Below, piece after piece: positions 57,586-64,000 of a DNA stretch of 64,000 nt. How positions within the stretch are numbered: position 1 is the stretch's first letter; each line of letters starts with the position of its first letter. Below the pieces are notes generated by a model. That model saw nothing but the letters and a program-made list of their open reading frames with translations. It did no database searches and was not told the origin of the DNA. The translations under genes and the position numbers were made by a program. The stretch comes from an uncultured virus (IMG/VR IMGVR_UViG_3300010361_000001) (lineage: Duplodnaviria; Heunggongvirae; Uroviricota; Caudoviricetes), in IMG/VR virus record IMGVR_UViG_3300010361_000001. One strand, 5' to 3'.

Positions 57586-58405
57586 GGCTTGGCAGAAGCT
57601 CACTGGGGAACCGGTGAAGGTTGGGCGGGCCGGAGTGATCCCAGTGTTTGACAACGGCGAGTGGGCCTTTTATCGAAATACAGCTATCGTCTGGCCTGGC
57701 GTAGAGACTGCGGCAGACCCGGCCAAGGTGGAAAAGCTAAGGCAGAACGTCTTGGCTCTACTGGCTGCTTTTCCTGAGACCCTGCCCGAACTAGAGAAGC
57801 TGGGGATCCGAGTCAAGGGACTCCTCAACAAGCCCATCAAGACCGAAGCTGACGTTAAACAGTGGGCTGAGGCGTTCTTCAACACCGGGCCGACTACATC
57901 GGTTCCTCTTCATGTCCAAGACGCCATGTCCCTGGCCTACGACGACATCAAGATCCAGGTGCGGATGGGCAGGCACCCTGCCTTCGTCCTACCAGTGGGA
58001 TCGAGGGACTCTCACGTCAGACAGACTGTCGACTTCACCGTGCCTGGCTCCAAGCTGCGGTACGGGCCTCGACATGAGTTCACCAAGGCTGCCTTCTCCC
58101 TCCAGGATCCTCCACAGGGCCGTACAGAGGCGGATAGGCGTGCCCAGGCCAAGGACGTCCTCGACGGGGCTGTACGAGGCCGTGGGAGGCCCAGGAAGGA
58201 CGGTCTGATGCCTGGGTCCAGAGAGGCCATGGCTGCCGACAAGAGGCGGCAGCGAGAGCTAGAGCGAGAGCGAGCCAAGCGAGTGAGGGCACGAGAGCGG
58301 AAGGCCAAGCCGGTCGAAGAGCTAGCGACCATCACTGAGCTACCTCAGCCACAACCACGTCGTCTCGTCCGGATAGGCAAGACGGCAAGTGGCGAATCCG
58401 CTTAA
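57572..58405 (+). CDS. hypothetical protein with AT-hook-like GRGRPRK
   Basis: basic C-terminus including PRRLVR. Confidence 0.7.
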   Translation: MNVTEAWQKLTGEPVKVGRAGVIPVFDNGEWAFYRNTAIVWPGVETAADPAKVEKLRQNVLALLAAFPETLPELEKLGIRVKGLLNKPIKTEADVKQWAEAFFNTGPTTSVPLHVQDAMSLAYDDIKIQVRMGRHPAFVLPVGSRDSHVRQTVDFTVPGSKLRYGPRHEFTKAAFSLQDPPQGRTEADRRAQAKDVLDGAVRGRGRPRKDGLMPGSREAMAADKRRQRELERERAKRVRARERKAKPVEELATITELPQPQPRRLVRIGKTASGESA

Positions 58406-58646
58406 AGCCTGGCGGCAGGACAGACGGGACGTCGGCTACTGGAAGAAGGCACGCGACCGCTCAGCCTCACTGAGGGAGCCGGAGATCGTGGCTGAGGTCG
58501 ACCTGGCCCTCATGACAGCGGGCCAGGCGATCTCCCGGTACCGGAACGGCAGTCAAGGCCGAGAGTACCAACTAGACCAGCTACGCGAGGCCAGGATCAG
58601 CCTGGAGGCCAGCCTGGGCATGCTGGAGAACGTCATCCCTGATTAA
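58389..58646 (+). CDS. hypothetical protein
   Basis: coupled. Confidence 0.6.
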   Translation: MANPLKAWRQDRRDVGYWKKARDRSASLREPEIVAEVDLALMTAGQAISRYRNGSQGREYQLDQLREARISLEASLGMLENVIPD

Positions 58647-58763
58647 GCGTCGGCCTATCCCCTACCGACATGATGTGGCCCTTGCTGTGCCCCCTTCCTA
58701 GGTTAGGGCACCGCACCTCTGTTCCACACCGTCCGAGACTGGAGGGTACTACCCAGTCAGACC

Positions 58764-59036
58764 CTATAACCCCTCAGATTTTTCTAGGGTCAGGTTGTCT
58801 GCGTTGACCTCCCACTGCCCGTTGTTGATGATGGCAGTCACGAACTCGTCACCCAGGTGGACAAGCTCAGTGATGACCAGGGGAGGGTCCATGCCTCCGG
58901 TCTTGTAGCTGCCGTCTGGCTGCCTCCACTCATCCACTTGGTAGAGGACGTGGTCACCAGGCTTCAGCCCGTTGTACTCGTCCAGGAGGGTCGGAGCCTC
59001 CGGGTCATCGGGGTCTGTCTCATAGAACTGACTCAC
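58764..59036 (-). CDS. hypothetical protein
   Basis: GTGA-coupled. Confidence 0.6.
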   Translation of the reverse strand: MSQFYETDPDDPEAPTLLDEYNGLKPGDHVLYQVDEWRQPDGSYKTGGMDPPLVITELVHLGDEFVTAIINNGQWEVNADNLTLEKSEGL

Positions 59037-59365
59037 TTGCGTGGCTTCCTGACTAGTCGACGTGGCCCGTTGCTGGGCGGCTCAGGTGGCACGTTATGCG
59101 ACCAGTAGCAGGTCCGGAACGACTTGACTGCCCGGAGCAGAGCCGCATAGGAAGAGATAGCTTTGGCTGCGGGGAAGCGATGCTTGGCTTCCTTCTCCAG
59201 TAGCTCCCACAGTGCCCAAAAAGCACCCTGGTCCAGTTGAACCAGCATGGTGGGCGGGCCGTCAGCCGTCAGCTTCTCCCCGGTGTAGTTGGCGACCGGG
59301 GGCGGGCCAAGGTAACGGGGGAAGTCATCCTCGTAGGTGTGGACTTCAGGAGTGAACTGAGTCAT
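59033..59365 (-). CDS. hypothetical protein, leaderless
   Basis: TATGCT-N6-ATG; ends PRRLVRKPRK. Confidence 0.7.
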   Translation of the reverse strand: MTQFTPEVHTYEDDFPRYLGPPPVANYTGEKLTADGPPTMLVQLDQGAFWALWELLEKEAKHRFPAAKAISSYAALLRAVKSFRTCYWSHNVPPEPPSNGPRRLVRKPRK

Positions 59366-59483
59366 CCCTCTAGCATAGCACAGCGAGCAGACCTGTGTGG
59401 ATCGGGTTGATGTGACGCATGTCACAGCTCACACGGTTTGGGGGTGACTTGTATGTGACATGGATGTGTGGTAGCTTAGATGC

Positions 59484-60950
59484 ATGGCAAATACCACCCA
59501 TAACCCAAACGTATTGGAGATAGATCTCCAGGGGTACCGCCAGACCTTGCAGAACAAAGGCAAGGCTCGCATCCTCCTGGAGGGCTGGTCCAATGCGGCA
59601 GACACTAACACCACCGTCATCCACGTCACCTTCGCGCAGAAGGATGGCTGGGCTGACCTGACTGTCGAGGACAACGACCCGGACGGCTTCAAGAGCCTGA
59701 AGGACGCGTGGACCCTCTTCGCTGCCTCTGAGCGGCGTGAGGACACCTCGCTTCGTGGTCGCTTCGGACAAGGCGAGAAGGAACTGATCGCCATCTGCTG
59801 CGACGGCAAGGAAGCCTTCCTCACCATCGCCTCCACCACGGGCACCGTCACCTTCAACCTGGACGGTCGCACTGAGGACAAGGAGGCCAAGACCAGCCTG
59901 GGCACCAAGCTGACGGCTCGCCTGAAGCTGAACGTCAAGGAGGCAGCCGAGTTCCGCCGCCTGGTCGCAACCATCATCCCTCCGCAGGAGGTCACCTTCC
60001 GCTTCAACGACAAGGTGGTCGATCGCCCGACGCCAGTCCGCACGGTCAGCGAGTCGCTCGACACTGTGTTCTGGAACAAGGACGGGGAGATGAAAGAGTC
60101 CACCCGCAAGACCGTGGTGGAGATCTTTGAGCCTGGTCCCAACCAGGATCCTCACATCATGGAACTGGGCGTGCCTGTCGTCAGCCACCCCGGCAAGTTC
60201 CACATCAACGTCAACCAAAAGGTGCCGTTGAACAGCGCCCGTGACAACGTGCGCCCCTCCTATCTGCGTCGGCTCAACGAGGTGGCCTTCAATGCCACGC
60301 ATGACCTGCTGACTGTGGAGGAACTGCAAGCTGGCTGGGTCAAGGACGCGCTGCCCAAGGCCAGTGCTGAGGCCCTGAAGACCCACTGGGACACCGTGTG
60401 GGGCGAGGACGCTGTCAGCTTCGACCCGTCCAACCCGGAGGCCAACAAGCGGGCCATGGATGAGGGGCGGCGCATCGTTTACGGGCGCAGCTACTCCGGC
60501 GACACCTGGGACCGCATGAAGGGCGAGGGCATCGCCAAGCCCAGCGGCCAGGTCATCGAGGTGGGCGTGCCCACGTCTCTCGATGGCATGCCTCCCATCG
60601 AAGAGGTGGAGTGGACCGCTGGCATGGTCAGCCTGGCTACCTACACCAGGGCCGTGGGCGAGTTCCTCTTGGGCTTTGAGCCTGAGGTCAACTTCTACAA
60701 CCAGGGCCTGGCTGGGCCGAACGCCCGTGCCATGTGGGGGAACCGGGAGATCATCTTCAACCTCCGCTACCTGGGCAAGCGCTGGCCCCAGGACGCGTCC
60801 CAGGAGGACATTGACGAGCTACTCATCCACGAGTTCGCTCACAACTGGGAGGCCGACCACCTCTCTGACTCCTACAACAGGTGGACGTGTCGCCTGGGCG
60901 CCAGGCTCCGCAACTGCACCACCAACATCAGGGAGGTTCGCAAGTCGTAG
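59484..60950 (+). CDS. GHKL ATPase fused to HExxH peptidase-like domain, leaderless
   Basis: LEGWSNAAD, VEDNDPDG, RGRFGQGEK, GT; LLIHEFAH. Confidence 0.8.
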   Translation: MANTTHNPNVLEIDLQGYRQTLQNKGKARILLEGWSNAADTNTTVIHVTFAQKDGWADLTVEDNDPDGFKSLKDAWTLFAASERREDTSLRGRFGQGEKELIAICCDGKEAFLTIASTTGTVTFNLDGRTEDKEAKTSLGTKLTARLKLNVKEAAEFRRLVATIIPPQEVTFRFNDKVVDRPTPVRTVSESLDTVFWNKDGEMKESTRKTVVEIFEPGPNQDPHIMELGVPVVSHPGKFHINVNQKVPLNSARDNVRPSYLRRLNEVAFNATHDLLTVEELQAGWVKDALPKASAEALKTHWDTVWGEDAVSFDPSNPEANKRAMDEGRRIVYGRSYSGDTWDRMKGEGIAKPSGQVIEVGVPTSLDGMPPIEEVEWTAGMVSLATYTRAVGEFLLGFEPEVNFYNQGLAGPNARAMWGNREIIFNLRYLGKRWPQDASQEDIDELLIHEFAHNWEADHLSDSYNRWTCRLGARLRNCTTNIREVRKS

Positions 60951-61019
60951 GTACATGGTGGCAGGGAGAAATCCCTGCCACCTACCTGCGTTCGCTCATC
61001 CATGCGATAGAATGAGACC

Positions 61020-61469
61020 ATGATGCAACTGCTACCACAGCCAAACTATGACCACTACCTACTCGACTCCCAGGACTACTGGGCCAGGCTGCGAGGCCAG
61101 CCTGAGCCTCCTGCCCCCACCTATCGGTGGGTCAACGGGCGTGCGGTGCTGGGTCGCTACGTCGATCCCTTCGGCGCCCAGGGACTCATGGAAGAGAGCA
61201 AGAACGTGTGGACCAAGTGGTACACCACGTTCCTGATCTCAGCCATCGTCGGCCCCCTCATCTGCGGGGTCGATGCGGTCTTCGTCTTCCTGGTCCTGCC
61301 CATCTTCGCTGTGTGGTACCTGATCAAGCGCAACAAGCAGCGGGCGCTCTACGACGAGTACTACGCCATCGCCCAGGAGATCCAGCGCACCGGCCAGCCC
61401 CAGTGGGTGCCCTTCAACAAGGACCGGCTGGCCTTCATCGAGCGTCACCCTGAGGCGGTGTGGCCCTGA
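61020..61469 (+). CDS. membrane protein, leaderless
   Basis: TAGAAT-N6-ATG; two hydrophobic helices. Confidence 0.65.
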   Translation: MMQLLPQPNYDHYLLDSQDYWARLRGQPEPPAPTYRWVNGRAVLGRYVDPFGAQGLMEESKNVWTKWYTTFLISAIVGPLICGVDAVFVFLVLPIFAVWYLIKRNKQRALYDEYYAIAQEIQRTGQPQWVPFNKDRLAFIERHPEAVWP

Positions 61470-62464
61470 TGGCGAGCGTCTACCGACCCATCGACGTGCT
61501 GGAGCAGCAGGTCGATCTCATCCGCTTCTGGAAGCACAGCATCCACCGGCACAGCTTCGCTGACGCCTTTGAGTTCCAGATCAGACAGTTCCGCTCCACC
61601 ATGGGCGAGGCCGTCGACACCTTCCTGGTGAGCAGGCTCGACAACGCTGAGACCTTCTATGTGAGGAATCAGATCATCGACCGGCTCTGGCACTTCACCG
61701 ACGTGTACGAGGCCCACGAACACGAGACCATCGAGTACCAGGACTTGCCCTGCCCCAGGGGGTTCATCTACCTGGAGAAGCCCATCCACCTCTTCGACAC
61801 GCGTGGCCGGGTCTGCTCAGTCAAGGCCATCCTGTGGTCCGAAGAGCGGGGTGGGGTGAGCATCGTGGAGTTCAGCGATGCCCGTGACCCACTGGATGAG
61901 ATCAACACCCTGGACTACAACGGCACCGGCAAGCCCACCTACGAGACCTGCGAGCTACCCCTGTTCCACATCATGCCGTGGGCCTGGGGGAAAAAGATCA
62001 GGAACCTGACGGCGGATGATTTCCGCATGCAGGAGCTAGGTGACCCCAACGACACCACCCCCGAAGAGCGGGACATGATGGTCCAGAACCTGCCCTCCAC
62101 GGTGCAGAGCATGGACCGGTTCAACGGGTTCCTGATCAGCCTGTGGGAGTTCGTACAGCAACAGATCCCCCATCGCATGCGGGCTGACCGTCCCATGCTG
62201 AAGCGTCTCCAGAGGGCACACAGCCCCCTCTCAGAGGTAACCGTGGTCGACCTGAGGGCGGAAGATCCCCCGCCCAGGCACGTCGACCCGGACCATGTTC
62301 CACAGACTGTCCTGTGGACTCATCGCTGGCGGTCCAGGGAACACAAGCGCCGCTGGATCGACAAGCACGGCAACTACAGGGAGACCACCGTCTCCGCATC
62401 AGTCAAGGGGCCAGAGCATCTGCCCCTCATAGAGAAAGATCGGATATTCAATGTCAAGCGCTAA
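61469..62464 (+). CDS. hypothetical phage protein, paralog of 20431 ORF
   Basis: WTHRWRSREHKRRW...KGPEHLPL. Confidence 0.75.
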   Translation: MASVYRPIDVLEQQVDLIRFWKHSIHRHSFADAFEFQIRQFRSTMGEAVDTFLVSRLDNAETFYVRNQIIDRLWHFTDVYEAHEHETIEYQDLPCPRGFIYLEKPIHLFDTRGRVCSVKAILWSEERGGVSIVEFSDARDPLDEINTLDYNGTGKPTYETCELPLFHIMPWAWGKKIRNLTADDFRMQELGDPNDTTPEERDMMVQNLPSTVQSMDRFNGFLISLWEFVQQQIPHRMRADRPMLKRLQRAHSPLSEVTVVDLRAEDPPPRHVDPDHVPQTVLWTHRWRSREHKRRWIDKHGNYRETTVSASVKGPEHLPLIEKDRIFNVKR

Positions 62465-62672
62465 CACACAGATGAAGCAGAAGATCGTGAGCAGGGTGAG
62501 GCTGGGCGACAGCCGGGAGGTGCGTATCACGCGCATCCCCAACGGCACCAGCGACGACTACATCAGGGTCGGTATCAACCTGCTCCCCAACGGTGAGAAC
62601 ATGAGCGGGGCGGTCTTCCCCGAGTCCGCACTGGACGAGGTCATCGCCGCCCTGAGGAAGGTGCATAGCTGA
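62451..62672 (+). CDS. possible PC4-like ssDNA-binding protein
   Basis: beta-rich REVRI...YIRV...GAVFP..ALDEVIAAL. Confidence 0.45.
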   Translation: MSSANTQMKQKIVSRVRLGDSREVRITRIPNGTSDDYIRVGINLLPNGENMSGAVFPESALDEVIAALRKVHS

Positions 62673-63058
62673 TGGCTAATGAACCCAACGACGAGCTACT
62701 GGAGATGAGGTGCCGCTGCTGCGGCGTGTTCATGGGCCACCGACGCCGCATAGGACGGTTCGTTTTTTGGTGCAGCGAGGACTGTGCGGACTCCCCCATG
62801 GCTAAGTGGCAGGAGTCCCAGCCCAGGGATGAGGCCATCGTCGCTATGTTCCTAGATGGCAAGGGAATCATGGAAATATCTCGTGATCTTGAGGACTGGC
62901 CCTACCAGTACATCCAGCAGACCCTGACCAGGAGGGGCCTCACAGAGCGGCGCCTGGTGGTCAAGGAACACACCAGGCTGGACTCTGAGGGCAAGGAACG
63001 CACGGTCAAGGAGCATGTGCTGGCACCACGCAGGCTGGTGCGTAGCAAGGCGAGCTAA
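62672..63058 (+). CDS. Zn-finger + HTH protein
   Basis: CRCCG, WCSEDC, RDEAIVAMFLDGKGIMEISRDL; ends PRRLVRSKAS. Confidence 0.7.
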   Translation: MANEPNDELLEMRCRCCGVFMGHRRRIGRFVFWCSEDCADSPMAKWQESQPRDEAIVAMFLDGKGIMEISRDLEDWPYQYIQQTLTRRGLTERRLVVKEHTRLDSEGKERTVKEHVLAPRRLVRSKAS

Positions 63059-63076
63059 GACCTGATACTGTGATCC

Positions 63077-63183
63077 ACGCCACCTGATCCTTTCCTCCTT
63101 GCGAGTGGGTGTCGGTAGGTCATGGTGTGGTAGCCATGTAGCCATCGAGAAGGCCCCCCATCGGGGGGCCTCTCGTATTTTCT
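63077..63183 (+). ncRNA. candidate trans-acting sRNA antisense to early-transcript 5' ends
   Basis: TGnTACTGT promoter at 63063-63071; anti-SD plus GTGGTAGCCAT/GTAGCCAT; terminator. Confidence 0.6.
63146..63183. terminator. terminator hairpin, probably bidirectional
   Basis: CGAGA-AGGCCCCCC/GGGGGGCCT-CTCG then TATTTT. Confidence 0.75.
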
Positions 63184-63193
63184 GGCTAAAAAA

Positions 63194-63460
63194 TCAGGCC
63201 AGAGTGCCTACTGGCCCCTCGTTCACCCGCTCATCCATCCCATGGGTACCGATGGCACTGGTGATGGTGTGGATCAGCTTCCCACCCATCGACCCAGCGA
63301 TTTTTCCGAAGGGCATGTCGTTGAAGTCCTTCATCATGCCGCCACCCTCCGCAGCACCACCCGCTTCAGCACCTCCAGCTAGTTCCGGGAGGGCCTCCGC
63401 AGCCACTGCGCCGATGTTGGAGCGGGTCAGGAGCCAGACTGCCAAGAGAATCAGTGCCAT
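63194..63460 (-). CDS. small membrane/secreted protein, leaderless
   Basis: TACGCT-N6-ATG; hydrophobic N-terminus. Confidence 0.6.
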   Translation of the reverse strand: MALILLAVWLLTRSNIGAVAAEALPELAGGAEAGGAAEGGGMMKDFNDMPFGKIAGSMGGKLIHTITSAIGTHGMDERVNEGPVGTLA

Positions 63461-63512
63461 AGCAGGAGCGTAGTTGGGTGGTCAAGGCCCCCCAGGTGCC
63501 ACGGGTAAGACT

Positions 63513-63950
63513 ATGGACATGGCAGATGAGCAAGAGCATCCACATCGCAGGTCATCCCACCAGGCTGAGGCCAAAGACGAGGTAACCCCCCCGGAGGAGC
63601 AGCCCGCCCCTCCTGAGGTGGTGGATCCCTACAAGCAAGTCCTCTCCCCGTACGAGCTTCCCGCCAACACCGCTGCCGCTGCCTCCATCGTGGCGACTGG
63701 GAACGTGGCCGTGGATCCGGAGGCGCCCATCTCCGACGAGCGCAAGGCCCAGGCTGAGGCCAACATCCAGGCACACCAGGACGCCGTCCAGGAGGCCATG
63801 GCTGGGGTGACCGACGATCCCCGCCTGGGTGGGAGCGCAGACTTCCAGGAGTACAACCAGTCCCAGGCCAAGGCGGCAGCCGAGAGGGAGGCTCAGAAGG
63901 CTGAGGCTGAGGTGAAGGAGGAGGCAGAGAAGGTAGAGGCCAAGGCTTAA
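63513..63950 (+). CDS. acidic Ala/Glu-rich hypothetical protein
   Basis: typical codon usage; start 63513 or 63519. Confidence 0.65.
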   Translation: MDMADEQEHPHRRSSHQAEAKDEVTPPEEQPAPPEVVDPYKQVLSPYELPANTAAAASIVATGNVAVDPEAPISDERKAQAEANIQAHQDAVQEAMAGVTDDPRLGGSADFQEYNQSQAKAAAEREAQKAEAEVKEEAEKVEAKA

Positions 63951-64000
63951 TGCCTGCGCCGTACCTCCTCAACCCCCTGGAGCTTCCGGTCGCTCAGTCA

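Noticed and set aside
62852..63145. Minus-strand ORF starting ATGGCTAC
   Set aside because: No -10 or SD upstream (only the terminator hairpin) and it runs antisense over a credible gene; the plus-strand sRNA reading is preferred but not proven
1..64000. tRNA genes or stop-codon reassignment
   Set aside because: No cloverleaf recognised by eye; conserved genes are intact with all three stops used normally

Overview
This window is part of a large, GC-rich tailed phage genome, probably a myovirus (gp25, baseplate J and tail proteins) of an actinobacterial host (WhiB, Rpf-type transglycosylase, Pup-like peptide, pervasive leaderless genes). Layout: recombination/DNA-metabolism module (RecA, resolvases, WhiB, Cas4-like exonuclease; 1-5.7 kb); baseplate/tail module (7.5-16.6 kb); hypothetical genes (16.8-29.6 kb); a ~650 bp non-coding CATG/TGCA-rich segment; a divergent, probably early, region with SNF2 helicase, PAPS reductase and ArdC (30-44 kb); dCTP deaminase and a second fibre gene; a cluster of small effector-like enzymes (49-56 kb); and a mixed end region. 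Main observations: (1) a candidate ~100-nt sRNA at 63.08-63.18 kb that is antisense to a motif (ATGGCTAC/CTACCAC) at the 5' ends of more than ten early transcripts, several sitting behind a conserved 14-6-14 inverted-repeat promoter element; (2) a terminal RRLVR peptide shared by at least six unrelated proteins; (3) an N-terminal [LF][SN]xxQF tag shared by unrelated effector-like proteins (ART, GNAT, ParB-like); (4) a second sRNA candidate carrying a copy of the 16S anti-Shine-Dalgarno; (5) a Pup-mimic peptide. All product calls come from motif recognition by eye, not database searches.
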